A stretch of 64,000 nt of DNA from Minutocellus sp. GHC0000111 (Eukaryota). The notes beneath the pieces were generated by a model. That model was not told where the DNA came from. It searched no databases and saw only the letters and a list, made by a program, of their open reading frames with translations. Position numbers and translations under genes: made by a program. Position 1 is the stretch's first letter. Every line of letters starts with the position of its first letter. The stretch spans positions 1,550,001-1,614,000 of the forward strand of contig OZ361256.1 in assembly GCA_977018835.1 (NCBI GenBank), read 5' to 3'. Below, piece after piece: positions 1 through 12,405 of the stretch.

Positions 1-317
1 ACACGCGGCGGCAACGGCGATGGAAATGGCAAGGCGCCGGGTAGAGGGCATCGCCGGCCTAGTAGCGCTACTTCTGTAGCTACGTAGTAGTAGATCTACT
101 GACTTTGGAGGCCACTCTGAACCTTCAATGTCGAAGGGCGGGCATCATCATGGATGCTTGTGGCTGGGTTCGCCTCAGTTTGCCTCATCCGCCTGCCTGC
201 ATTTTTGCTCATCCTGAAAGAAAAAAAAGATGTGACGCCGAACTTCGCCGACCACCTCATTTACCCGCCTGTGGCCTGTGGTAGGAATTCCTAATTGTTG
301 CCGTGATAACCGGAACA

Positions 318-1259
318 ATGAGATCTCCATTTGTGCCAAAGACGGCACATTTCGTGCAGGTAATCCTTTTGCTTATTACCACTCTTTTGCTTTCGCCATG
401 CGATGCATTCGTTCAGCAACAAGCAGCGCCCTTGGCTCAAAGAAGACCAAGTGCCACCATCCCTTTGTTGGCCACGCCAGCCTCCAAAGAAAAGGAAGAA
501 CAGTCGGCCAAGCGCATCGATGAGTTTTGCCGGGGCACAAACGAATTCTGGAAGAAGTTGGTGATTTTACCAGTGAGGGAGTACGTCGAGGTTCGACCGG
601 GCGGCTCGGCGCCGTCCGATCCGCTTGCCAAGCTCACCGCGCCTCCCGAGGTGCCTGGCATCCCCCGCCCTGTCTGGTTGACAATACTTGGATCTGTTCC
701 TACCGCTTTAGGATGGTATGGATATTACAAGTTCTCGGTTGAGGAGGAATTGTATCAGCATGAGTTGCAAACCGAGGGCCGAGTGACAGGATGTGGTGGT
801 TATGGCACTTTGTTCCCATTCGTGTACGGTATCATTATTGGATTCCCACTATCTGTTCTGCACATACCTGGCGGTGAGACCATTCTCAACGCAGCGGCAT
901 TTTGGATTCTAGCCAGTCAAGTCAACCTGTATCGCAGAGTCAATGAACTCACAGAGGAGGTCAAGGATGAGCTGGATTTGGAGGGTGATGGGCGTATGTT
1001 ATACGAATGGTGGGCTTTGCTACCTCCGCCTCTGGATGTTGTGGTTGGATTGAGGCAGGTTCACTTTCTGTCAGAGTACTGGCGAGTAAAGCGCGGGGAG
1101 GAGTACCAGAAGGATGTGGTGGCAGAAACCCTGTTTCCGTTCATAGCAAGGAAGGAGCGATTTACATTGAAACAGTTCTTTCGTGAGCCAAGCCACTGGT
1201 TCTGGTTTACGACTGAGTGGAAAGATTTTGACTTTGAGTTCTTGAAGGAGAAGGAATGA
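318..1259 (+). CDS. Probable plastid-targeted membrane protein of unknown function
   Basis: Single-exon ORF from ATG 318. Hydrophobic signal peptide ending ...SPCDA-F (ASAF-like bipartite presequence), followed by several hydrophobic segments. Confidence 0.75.
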   Translation: MRSPFVPKTAHFVQVILLLITTLLLSPCDAFVQQQAAPLAQRRPSATIPLLATPASKEKEEQSAKRIDEFCRGTNEFWKKLVILPVREYVEVRPGGSAPSDPLAKLTAPPEVPGIPRPVWLTILGSVPTALGWYGYYKFSVEEELYQHELQTEGRVTGCGGYGTLFPFVYGIIIGFPLSVLHIPGGETILNAAAFWILASQVNLYRRVNELTEEVKDELDLEGDGRMLYEWWALLPPPLDVVVGLRQVHFLSEYWRVKRGEEYQKDVVAETLFPFIARKERFTLKQFFREPSHWFWFTTEWKDFDFEFLKEKE

Positions 1260-1382
1260 GTGTTCATTCAATATTGCAACGCAGGTTGGTATCCATAACA
1301 ATGGAGCTGCACTAGCTAATTGATTCGCTTGCCTACTAGCTAACTGTTTAAGTCCTTACTGGTGAATGTAATCGAACGATAC

Positions 1383-4300
1383 TCAATCGAGAACAAAGCG
1401 ACGAGCGGATATCTTGCGGTCGTCGTCACTGTCACCACCGTCATTATCATCGCCTTCATCGATGGGATTGCCATCCGCATCCACCAAACCCAATAAGAAT
1501 TTTGTCCTTCTGTGGTCTTCGCTTGATTCGGCATCACCCATGGACTTTCCGTTGCCCTCTTCTCCGCCTGCCTCGTCCGATAAACCCTCATCCGTCATGT
1601 CGATAACACCATCATCAGAGCTCTCATCGTCGGAATCCTCCTCCTCAAATAATTCCGTAAAGACATAGGTCGCGTTGGTTCCTGAGGAAATACCTGCCAT
1701 TTTACTCGCATCTCGCTTGCGCCATTCCAACAGACGACTCTCTACGGTCACCGGCACATAATATACCTTGACATGGACATTGTTCTTTTGGCCGTAGCGA
1801 TGACAACGAGCATAGGCTTGAGTCTCCTCTTCTTGTCTCGAAAATGGTTCAATGAGAAAAAATTTTGAAGCAGCCGTCAAAGTTAAACCACTAGCAGCTG
1901 CACCTGCTTGAACGACAAGGACTGGCCCGGTCTTGTTCGCCTCACAATTCATTGTTTCCCAAGCGGTGACCGCTTCTGCTGATGTAACAGTATCTTGGCC
2001 AACAAACAAGGAAAAGAATTTTACATTCTTGATCCGAAGTACGGCCGATATATGAGCAACTCCTTCTTTCGAAGTGGCAAAAACAATGGCATGCTCTCCT
2101 TCCGGAAGATCCCTCAATAGAGCTCGGATTTTGCTTGACAACCCGTACTCATTTCTCTGGGGAATCACCGAGCGATGACAGTCCAAGTCCATCCTGGTAG
2201 CCGCCCGGAGATGTGCAAGGACATCTCGAGGTAGCGCCGTATGAACGGGATGGGCCCTTCTGCTGACACCAACGGGCACATCAATGGAAAGAAACAAGGA
2301 GTGCCACAGATCCCCATCAATTACACCATTACTGGCTTCCAGCATGTCTGATGCCTCCCTCGCCTTCCTCTTGGCTCTGCTGCGCATCTCCAGCTGTTCT
2401 TCGCTATCATCCTTGCTATAATCGACATGAATGACCTCGGACGACGGGCAAAATGCCCTGCGGCAGTTTGGGCATGCTACCTTCCTCGAAGCGCCGAGCT
2501 TGGATTGGACATGTTGATCTAGACAGTTGATGCAAAAGAAGTGCGAGCAATGGGTCATGGCAACCATAGATTCATCGGCCGTAGGCGATGCGGCGGATGC
2601 AGCAGATGCAGCAGCAGCGGCCGCAGCAGGGGCATTACTAGGGCCAAAGTGGGAGAGGCATATTGGGCATCGGTTTTTTTTTAATTCGCCATCTTTGAGC
2701 GCCTCGAGGGTATCAAAGGCACTCAGCTGAGCCACCTCTTGAGACAACAAACCCGTATTTAAAGCAGGCATGAGACGAGCGATTGTTTTCTTTCCTGCGT
2801 CGAGGCGGGCTGCGTTCCTCTCCATGGGGAATGAAGATTGGGCGATGTTTCTCGAGCAGCTCTCAATCATAGCTTGGCTAGATCGAGGAACGACGCTACG
2901 GGTAGGACCAAGTGCACGAGAACGTGCAACACTCAGCGATGGCGATGAAGTGCTACCAGATGAATTGCCGAACCGAATTCGGAGGCCCAGCTGCGCCTGG
3001 TGCAATGCCTTGCGAGTCTCGACCTCTCGCTTTTTATTAACTGGGCAAGGATATACGTTGTTTTCGGACTTTGCATTTGCATGAGCATCGGTGGCCTTCT
3101 TGATGGCAGCTTCGACATGGGGCACCGTGCAAGAAGCGTCAAGTTCAAGACCCGTTTTTGTGGATGCCACTTTCATCAATAAGTTCACATCTTCCTCGTT
3201 GGAAAGCTGCAGCCAAGCTGACCATAAATTCGGCGATGATTCGCTGGAAGATGTGCCTGAGACATTATACATCTTAATAGATGCAACGTCGATGCCAGAT
3301 CTTGCAACAGACATATTGATGTCGTCCTCGGTGACTTCTTCAGGGATGTGATCAAGCCGGAGAGAGAATGGATGTGCCCATGCAAATGCACCATTTGAAG
3401 AACATAAGTCATGCTGAAACGATGCCTTTGGACGCCACCCCCGAACCAGAACTTCTGGAAGACTCGTCGTCCTTGCACTTGATTTCTCGGCAGATTCAAT
3501 GGACAGACGTCGCCACCGCCAGAGATTGGAAAACTTTGGGGCAACATCAAGATCACCGTGCTCGTTGGAAAGAAAACCAGTAGTAATCATCTCGAGAGCA
3601 AAGTGCCAATGTGCTTTCGCTCGCTTTCGCCGGGCTTCTGTCATTTCCTTTGTAGCGACATCAACATCGGATTGGGCCTCTTGGATTTGACCTTCGACGC
3701 TATCCATGGCGTGCGCACGATTTGTGGCTCCACCACCTCTACCAAAGCGGACATCGCTCACAAATTCGTCCCCAACATTAGCTTCTGACCGAACCTGCAT
3801 AAAAAAACGTAGGGCCTCGTCGCAGCTCATGATCCGAATCGTCTCGCGTCTCTTGCGGGGACGATCGTCGTTATCAGCGCTCATCTGGTTGCTGTTGTGG
3901 AGGGCTCCGGAGTGAGCACGGCGATTGGCCCTCACCATGAGAGTGTTGAGCGTCTTGAGTTGGGATGACACTCCCATCCCCCCGTTGAGAAGGCAGGGCG
4001 TAAAGCACAATTCCCTGAGCATTCGAAGGCATAGATCCCGAGATTTCAAATCCTTGCTCCCGTCAGACTTTTGCTTGAGCTCCTCGGACACAATGTGTTC
4101 CATCCAGCAATAAAGAGCGCGCTCAGATGGTTCCTGGCTAATAGGGACAAATTCTACCGTGAGTTTCTTTTGCTCCATTATAGATCGCCCGGTACCCGCA
4201 ATCGTCATGTCTTTCGAGCGGCGAAGCATGAGCAGACCAAGGATTTTCAAGGTTTCCAGGCCATGTTCTGAGTGCGTGTTCCAGTGATTTGTGATCGAGA

Positions 4301-7229
4301 AATCAAAGAAACCATCCTCCAGCTTGGCAGCATAAGGTTCGAGGCGCAAAAAATTGAGCTCTCCACGCAGGTCGGAAATGCCTTCAAATATAGGCGTACC
4401 AGACACCAGCCAGCGCCGAGTGCAGACAAGACCATCGCAATTCATTGCAATCTTTGTAGTGCTGGACCGAATTTCTTGCCTGTGTATTATGTAAACATAT
4501 GAATAAAATGCAAAGATGAAAACGGTGTTGTTTTGTGAGAAGCATGCACCTGGAAATTTTCTCCCTAGTAGGTGCCTGGAAAGAGCCCTAAAATGTATCG
4601 AGGTGCACGGAAAGAGAGCAGAATAATACCGGTAGTAGAAATGGAAATCAAACAAATAGCACTCACATTTCATCCAAAACGATGCGTCCCCATTGCCACG
4701 AAGCAAGAAATTTACTCGTTTTCGTGGTCTCCAGAGCACCATATGTTGTAATGAGAATGTCCGGTCCATTGCCTTGGTCTTGGACAATATCTTCATCTAT
4801 AAACTTTGCATGGGCATCGAGTACGTCGACCTTTACTGTGTCGCCGCATGATTTTTCAATCTCCTTGCGCCACTGAGCGACAAGAGCCGGCGGCAGAATA
4901 AGGAGCGTGGCATGAGTGCAGCCATCGCCCCCTTCCCTGGATTCGGCCTTGAGCTGCTCCAGAGTACTAGCAATAAGACAAAGCACCTCCAGAGTCTTTC
5001 CCAGTCCCATCATATCACTCAAGATTCCTCCGACTGTGCTCGGTGGCTTGCCCAAACGGATTTGTCCAAGGGCTGGAGAACAATAGTAACAGCCTCCATC
5101 CAAAAAAATTCTTTCTTCCCAGAGTATGGAATTGATGCCAAGGCCATCGAGAGATTCCATTTGTCTCATCCAGCACACGGCATGTTGTTGATGGAGCATT
5201 AAATCCAGCTGAAGGAATGGGCGAAGCGACTCGGCAATGTCCGGCCAATCGGTTGTAACATTACCCTGGCTCTCCAACAGCTTCAGAAGGCCACTGGTGG
5301 TAAATGGACTAATGGTCCGGGAGTCCCGGGATGCTCCCATCATGGCAGCATCCACAATACGGTCAGTATCTTCTGTCTTCTTTTCTTCCTCAACAGACAT
5401 GTCGTCTTCATCGATATCAGATAAGATTTCGATAATCTCATCTTTGCCTGGGACGCGAACAATTGGGTATTTTGCCGACACAAAAACAGGATCATCTGGA
5501 TTTCGCATCGGCGGAGTGTGCAGTGCCTCGCTGACAATGAATGATCCCTCATCGAGCGCAGACATAACAATATGAAGCGTAGATGCTGTCAGTACCTCCG
5601 GCAATAGACGATTCATGTACACGCCGATTCGAATCTTCCAAGTACGGCTGTTATCACCAACTCTTTTCACAGTGTGTGCCACCCCCACAGGAGTAATCAG
5701 TGGAATTTCGTACAGTGAGGTCGTGTGGCTGAGGTCGAGAAGAGCATCCAATATAGAAACGGCGTCAGTCTGAACATGACGGAGTCCATTGTAAAGAGAA
5801 GCAGCCCGCCCTTCTGCTCGGTCGATCACTGTCACTCCTGTGCTGCCGTTTTCATTTTTAGCCCACGACGCAAGCGTTTCGATGAGGATGTGAGATTCAG
5901 CATCTGAGACATCATCTCCAAGAGCCTCTTTGACAAAGTCGCCAGAATAAGGATGCCGGCATTCCCGTAGAGGTGGTGAATTCTTGATGGGCTTCCATGA
6001 GCTTCTAATCTCCGTCGAGCGCTTTTCTAAGCGCTCCCGAACATCGTCTGGGAGCAAATCCAGGGACGTTCCCTCTTCGATGTCCATTTCGATCATGGCC
6101 TCTGTCAGCGCCTGCTTTGGCGTTATGTCCTTGGTAAACTTATCATAACACGCCTTGGGCTTGCGCGGTATGCCAAAGCAAGATGTTTGCCGCGACCGAT
6201 GCAGCTTGGAAGCTTTGTGCGACATGGCCAAGAGCCCCACCTTGTCCAATGATTCCTTCTCGCTCCTCTCCTCGAAATAGAGGGTGATGCTTCCCAACAG
6301 TCTCACGGCCTCCATTGGAAATCGTCGCTGGGCAGCGGCGTGAGCTGCATGCCTCTGCGTCCACATCGTTGCCTCCAATTCCGAGAGCATGGGTACCGTC
6401 CGACCTCCTCGGGTGCCATATTTGTAGGGCAGGTGCCTTGCTTCGACGTTGTGGTGATCCTCCGCGCAGAAATAATCGGCTGGTACTTCCACTTCCACAT
6501 CTTGGCACGCATCGACGCTGCTGTCAATGTTTACCACACCACCGGCCGCGCCAGTACTACTTGTACCAGTGATACCCTCCTGCTGGTCGTAAAGCGCCAT
6601 GGCGTCCAAGAGCTCCTGTCGATTGTAATCTTCCTCGTCACCGTCGTCGTATTGCACATGCCAGAGGGCTTCAGAATTGTCCTCGTCATTGACATCATCG
6701 TCGCTATTGCCATCGTCATTGATATCACTAGCGGCGGCGGTGTACTTTGTAATGGCCCCACGATAAATTGTCCCATCAAAGTCCTTGGCCACCTTGCATC
6801 CAACGTAAAAGCGGCTCGTGTTGTTGTTGGCATTTGTGTCTTGTTGGCGGCGGCGGCGGCGGCGCCTTCGGCGTTGGTATCAAAAGGATTGGGAATCAAC
6901 ACGCCTCGGTTGTAAAGTGCGTCGGTGAACAAAGTAGGAGGGTAGATGGTGGGCTCGCGATCAGCCGTTGCCGCAGAGGCAGACACAGAGGTAGAGTGGC
7001 GTGGAATCGGCATCGAGAATTTCATCACGTTCGTGCCGACATCGACAGCTGACGATGAGGCGGAGGCGGAAGAAGTGGCAGACGACCGTGCCGAAGCACG
7101 GGAGGAATCGCCGGAGCGGTTGGCCCCGCGAGAGGGTCTCTTCTTGCTGCTGCTTGACTTCATCACGTACAGCCCTTGGAACTTGTCGCTGGTACGAGCG
7201 TGTAGCGGGCCCGCCATCGCGTCCGTCAT
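1383..7229 (-). CDS. SNF2-family (RAD5/RAD16/SHPRH-like) helicase with RING finger and N-terminal Tudor-like domain; intron 4480-4666; apparent 1-nt frameshift near 6841
   Basis: Motif I GGILSDMMGLGKT. Motif II IVLDEMQ is rebuilt across the GTGAGT...ACACAG intron. WLVSGTP, RING CPIC...HCSHFFCINC...CPNCR, motif V AASGLTLTAA, motif VI QAYARCHRYGQ. Tudor-like YVGCKVAKDFDG..Y.G...WHVQYDDGDEED. Start codon uncertain (7229 or 7163). Confidence 0.8.
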
Positions 7230-7446
7230 GACGGATTTTGAGGCCTGAATTTCGACAAAAAGACGAACGCTAAAAAGTCCAAAAACACCCGGCCTTCCTC
7301 CTTCCTCCATCAACACAAAACACAGATAGGCCGATGACAGACTGTGAAGCCGTATCCTTCTCACGACCGATAGCATGATCAAGTAATGCTGTGTGGCAGC
7401 ACCCATTTATTTATTCTTCCTCAACGCAATTCCTACCAACTTCACA

Positions 7447-8569
7447 TGATTAGCATGATTTATTTCAGCGACGGAAGTCTCCTGCTGACCCTCACTGCCA
7501 TTGGCATCATCGCGGGATGCGTTCCCTGCCGAGAGCAATTCTCGGTCTGCGTCATCGGCCACGTCGTCTCGCTGCTGATTGCATGCTTGGTATATGCCGT
7601 GCTGTGCATCATCGTTGCATACGTCGATTCCAAATTTATCCGAAAGATGCCCGTACCATCGCCTGTTCTGACGGTGGGCGAGCGGCACGAACGCACGGGG
7701 AAAGCGACACGCAATGGATAACAAATTTTCGGACGCTAGGTGGATTGCGAGTAAAGGGCGATGCCAAAGATGGGAAACGAATCAAGCCCAATGCAGCTTA
7801 CCGATGCGGTGCCATCAACGACGCACTGCTCGATACATCCGCCTTGGATTTTGAGCCCCCTCGGACCATCATCGACCTACGTGCCGTCAGTGAAGCGAGA
7901 GATGCACCGACGACATTGTCAAAAGGCGACGGTGAGGCTGCCGCAGGATCATCGCCGCCACAAAAGATTGTTTCACTACCATCACTGGCAATTGATGAAG
8001 ATGAATTAAGGAAGCGAAACATACCCAACATCAAGGCTATCATGGAAAAACTCATATGGCAACCATCGGCGTTGTTCTCGTCCCGGCCTCGACTGGATGA
8101 GCTGACAGACCTCTGCGTGGAACGTCTGATACTGGAGCCAGGTTTTGCCAACGGGGCTGTTGCTCAATTCATCCGTCTGGCGAGTGATCCATCGAATCAG
8201 CCGCTGTGTTTGCACTGCACGGAGGGCAAGGATCGCACTGGCGGGATGTCGGCGTTGTTGCTTTTGGCCCTGGGCGTATCTCGAGAGATGGTCATTGAGG
8301 ACTTTACTCTGAGCAACAAGTGCGTATATAGCCGAGCGGAACGACGAGATTTTCTCTTGAGAACGATTTGGCTCCTCACTGGGCGGTGGATAAGCTTTGT
8401 TCGATTTGCAAGGAATGTCAAGGATTTTATGTTTGTCAAGCGCGTTGTGATGGAACGATGCCTTGCGTCTGTTGATGAAATTTATGGCGGCTTCAATGAA
8501 AAATATTGGGCTGCCCAAGGATTGACGATGGATGACATTCGCAGGCTACGGGATGCGCTGCTAGTGTAA
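7447..8569 (+). CDS. Tyrosine-phosphatase-family protein (Y_phosphatase3/PtpB-like) with N-terminal TM segments; 1-nt frameshift near 7718
   Basis: P-loop HCTEGKDRTG, plus NFRTLGG, IIDLR and EDFTLSN motifs. The hydrophobic N-terminal ORF (7386-7721) joins the catalytic frame if one base is added at ~7718. Confidence 0.75.
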
Positions 8570-8667
8570 GAAGACAAGCTGGCCGTTTACAAACAAATGA
8601 GTTAGGCAACAATAGACTATATCAAACTAGGTTAGAAAAATAGAGTTGATCATGATACGACCGTACA

Positions 8668-10314
8668 TTAAAAGGCGCCGACGTCTGAATTGGCACTGGC
8701 ATCATCAATATCGCTAGCAAGATCATCAATTCCTGGAAGCGATGCAATCTGATCGTAAAAAGAATCTCTCTTGCTTGCGGGCGCACTACTGGGCTCTTGC
8801 TTTTGTTCTTTCTTTTGCTGCTCCTTTTTCTCTTTCTCTTCATACTGCTTGTCCAACCTCAGTCTTCTGCACAAGTGGTTGCGACGTTGTTTCAATGATA
8901 TCCCGTCCAAATCAATTGTTTCGCCTGTGACAGAATTTGTGTGGAAAACAAAACCGCCCGTTAGCAAAGCATCCAAAAGTGGAAGGTCAGGATCCTTTTT
9001 CTTGGCTTGTGCTGCTCGAGCCATCCGAGGATCTACTCCTTTTCCTCTGGCTGGGCCTGGCGTACGCGTTTTGGGTTTCGGTGACGATGAGGCTTTGTGT
9101 TGTCTCTTTTTCTCCTTTGTAGAATGCTTTTTGTCAGTAGGATCTAATGGAGAAACAGTGGCTGAACCTATAGACGACGGTGCAAATCTTTCCGCTTCGT
9201 TGTCGCTCCTGATGCGTTTTGTGCCTGAGCTGGTACTATGGCCAGCGGTGGTACCAGTTGGGATATAGAGGACTGTGGACGCTGTGGAGGGTGTGGACGG
9301 TGAGGTAGACGCGAGCAACCTTGAACTCTCGATTGCCATTCGTGCAGTGATCCACTGATTCATGTCAACAGCCATGTCCCCGCCTAGTTCGGTCGGCATT
9401 ACTTTCCGTGGAAGGCAGTATCCCTCGAGACTGCGAAGCACTTCTGCTGTGGAACCATGGTGAATTTTGAGTCGAAGTCGAACGTCGTGGGGAAGGAAAT
9501 GCTTCACAACTGGGTGGATAATGTAGAAATATACGTTTGAAGGGTGACAGAAGTGCCCAGCACGTAGATGAATAGGGAACACCCCGTCCAAACACTTGGC
9601 CAACCTCTGAACCTTCCTCGAGTAGTGTTTCCGGGTCATGTTGCGACCGTCGCAGACGATGATCACGCCACGCCGACGCAAGTCGGGGTCTTCGATGATG
9701 GTCTCGAGCAAGTAGAAGAAAGCGCGGTCTTCTTGCTCCACACTATAGATTGAAAAGTTCCGCCGATTTGGCTGCATGTACAAGATAGATCTGCCCGCCG
9801 TATCTGGATACGGCAATCTCTGCCATATCCTTTGGTTCAGGATGGGAAGGACCTCATCTCGCATCGCCCCGGCCAGCGTCAGTGGCTCAAAACAGCGCTC
9901 CTCCCCGAACGTGGCACATCGGATCTCCCAATACAGTGCGATTCGCTTCGCAGCTAAGGCAATGTCGCCGTTCTCTCGCTCGATGAAGGCCATCTTCCGC
10001 TCTTCGCTCAGCTGGTCTGGGCACTTTACTTCGGCCTTGCGATATGCGGCGACTTGCTTCGGTGGGAGGAATGATAGCTCCTGCTCAAGCCTGCCGAGGG
10101 TGGTGTCCATCTCGTACACCGTCGATCCAGTTGCCTGATGATGAAGGCTTGTGGGCGGCACCGACACCATGCTCAGGTTCGTCATCCCGGCCTGGATGCC
10201 ATGCAGGTCGGAATTGACGCTAATCATCTCATGTATGGTGAGCTTGGAAAGTTCTCTCATCTCATCATGTAGAGTGAAGCTGGTTCCAGCTCGAGCGCAT
10301 CGCTCTCCGAGCAT
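8668..10314 (-). CDS. CRAL-TRIO (Sec14-like) domain protein with C-terminal basic DPRM...QRR..L.RRLR domain (paralog 1)
   Basis: AAKRIALYWEIR, DTAGRSIL, RRGVIIVCD, FPIHLRAGH, MPTELGG are typical of the CRAL-TRIO fold. Clear paralog of 30425-32430. Confidence 0.8.
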   Translation of the reverse strand: MLGERCARAGTSFTLHDEMRELSKLTIHEMISVNSDLHGIQAGMTNLSMVSVPPTSLHHQATGSTVYEMDTTLGRLEQELSFLPPKQVAAYRKAEVKCPDQLSEERKMAFIERENGDIALAAKRIALYWEIRCATFGEERCFEPLTLAGAMRDEVLPILNQRIWQRLPYPDTAGRSILYMQPNRRNFSIYSVEQEDRAFFYLLETIIEDPDLRRRGVIIVCDGRNMTRKHYSRKVQRLAKCLDGVFPIHLRAGHFCHPSNVYFYIIHPVVKHFLPHDVRLRLKIHHGSTAEVLRSLEGYCLPRKVMPTELGGDMAVDMNQWITARMAIESSRLLASTSPSTPSTASTVLYIPTGTTAGHSTSSGTKRIRSDNEAERFAPSSIGSATVSPLDPTDKKHSTKEKKRQHKASSSPKPKTRTPGPARGKGVDPRMARAAQAKKKDPDLPLLDALLTGGFVFHTNSVTGETIDLDGISLKQRRNHLCRRLRLDKQYEEKEKKEQQKKEQKQEPSSAPASKRDSFYDQIASLPGIDDLASDIDDASANSDVGAF

Positions 10315-10382
10315 GCGTCATCTCGAGGCGTCTCTGTGAATTGCAGGCGATCCATCATCATTCTCTGTTGTTCGTCGTCGCC

Positions 10383-10407
10383 GTTGTTGTTGTTGTTGTT
10401 GTTGTTG
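10383..10407. repeat. (GTT)n microsatellite
   Basis: About 8 tandem GTT units read directly. Confidence 0.9.
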
Positions 10408-10828
10408 TCGTTGTTTTATTGTGCGGGTCTCTCTGGCGTCGCTCTGAGAGCTTCCGCTTCTCTTTTTTTTCTTCTTCCGCGCTTTCATGCTTCATGCACA
10501 GCGTTTTGACTTGAGATTCTGTGGTTTTTTAGTATTTTGCATGTCTCACTCCTGAAAGTCCGACTTTCTGCATTTATGGCGTGATCAGATGCGTCGAGTG
10601 AGTCGATTGATCTCATTGGAAGAATGGTGGCTTGCTTGGTGGCCTGAACTGATTGGATCTACCGGTAGCACCGGCAGTACATGTAATGACTTTTGAAGTT
10701 ACGTTGAATTTGATTCAAACTTTTACTGGTAAGTTATTTATGCGGGACGACAAGACGACACCACCACCAAAGTGCACTACGGTCCAAGGCAGTTGCTGCT
10801 GCTTCTCCTTACTTCTCACCATTATTGC

Positions 10829-11968
10829 TCACCAAATCGAGGGCGGCAAGGTACCCTCCCATTCCAGCAGTGGACCAAGAGCAGGAACACATGCTGGCCT
10901 TTTGTTGTCCTCGCCACTGCTTGGCGCAAAATCGTCGACATTACACCTGCCATATCCGATCAAAGCTTCGGTTGACCAATCAACATTCTTGTTCATCCAT
11001 TTCACATACCGTGGGTCGTAATTCCTCACCGAAAGGCTCTGTGGGGGCTTCGCTTTGCATTGCGCCTTTACCCCAGTGGCCTCTTCAATTCGAGACAGGA
11101 TATCCCCAGATCCATTCGTAACAACATCTTCGTACCTCACTGTAAGATGAGAGGCCACCCCAGCATAGTTGGCCGTTTCAAAAAAGTTGCGTATCTTGTC
11201 AGTCCTCAGTTGCACCACACTATCGTAGGGCTCCCCCGACCCATCGACACGCAGCTCGTAGCGAGGATGGCCACCTCTTCGACGAAATACGCTCTCACTA
11301 CAAGGGATCACCTCATTGTAGTGAAATTGCTGTCCGCACACTCTTCCAGTCTCGTTGGCCAGCGGCTCGTCCTTTGGCGGTCTCGGCATCCACCACTTGC
11401 GTGTTACAAATTGCTGCCAATTCAATTCCGCGTGAAGGGGGGCGTGATGGTTCTCCCTTCGCATGGCCTCGACCCAACTGTAGGGTTCTCGAAATTGAGC
11501 AATGACCAGAGCATGGGGCTCATTCTCCTCCATGGCTGTATTGTTGTACTGAAACCAATGCTTGAACCGAGTAAAGCCCATATGTACCGGCAGGTCCTCA
11601 CCGAAACACCGTCTCAAATGATTGTACATCCACGTCGTTCCGCTGTGTCGTTCGCCGATGAAGTGTATCGATTTGATCTTTTGCTTCCGTCGCCGTTGTT
11701 GGCGTTGTTTGTTGTTGCTTGGTGGGTCGTCACCATTGCGCCTCTGTTTCGCCAGCAATGCACTTTGCAATGTGAGGATATTGAGCTGTTCGTCATCTGT
11801 ATCGACGTATATGCCGTATTTGGACAAGAACCGCACTGATTCAAGGAGCACCGTCTCCGAGGTTCCGAGGAACATGAAGACTCCGAATGCTACTGCCGCT
11901 GTTATTAGCCGCCGTTGCCGTCTTCGTCGTTGGGAATGGAAATTGTCGCTGGGATGGTAGTCCATCAT
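10829..11968 (-). CDS. Type II membrane sulfotransferase-like protein (P-loop fold)
   Basis: N-terminal TM anchor; PAPS-binding-like FIGERHSGTTW; FREPYSWVEAM; VRYED. Confidence 0.7.
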   Translation of the reverse strand: MMDYHPSDNFHSQRRRRQRRLITAAVAFGVFMFLGTSETVLLESVRFLSKYGIYVDTDDEQLNILTLQSALLAKQRRNGDDPPSNNKQRQQRRRKQKIKSIHFIGERHSGTTWMYNHLRRCFGEDLPVHMGFTRFKHWFQYNNTAMEENEPHALVIAQFREPYSWVEAMRRENHHAPLHAELNWQQFVTRKWWMPRPPKDEPLANETGRVCGQQFHYNEVIPCSESVFRRRGGHPRYELRVDGSGEPYDSVVQLRTDKIRNFFETANYAGVASHLTVRYEDVVTNGSGDILSRIEEATGVKAQCKAKPPQSLSVRNYDPRYVKWMNKNVDWSTEALIGYGRCNVDDFAPSSGEDNKRPACVPALGPLLEWEGTLPPSIW

Positions 11969-12405
11969 TGTAGCAACAAAAAGTCGACCGCCGTTAGCGT
12001 TGTGGAGTTGGCTCGAGAATGGCAATGAAGATAGCTACGTAGGTAGATGTGCCACGAGAGATGTTGCCTAGCTACGTAGCTTGAAGGGTTGGTGCAAAGG
12101 CGGTTGGCCACATGTAACGTACAACTGACCTCACGAGCATGCATTCATGCCGTTTTTGACCTCGTTTTTTGTCGTTGCTTTGCCGGCGCATCCAGCTGTC
12201 CGACGCGCGGCGCGACGGCCAGACAGCTCTCAGATCCCATTTTTCGTCATGAGAGAATGAGACTTCCATAGCCATGCGATGAGACTTCCAGCTTCCAGTA
12301 GTATCAGCACTTGGCAGATTTGAAGATACTACTCTAACACGTCTTCCCCACTAAGTCTTTTATTTGAGGACACGTGCGGAAGCGAGTCGAGAGCGTTCGG
12401 GCATA

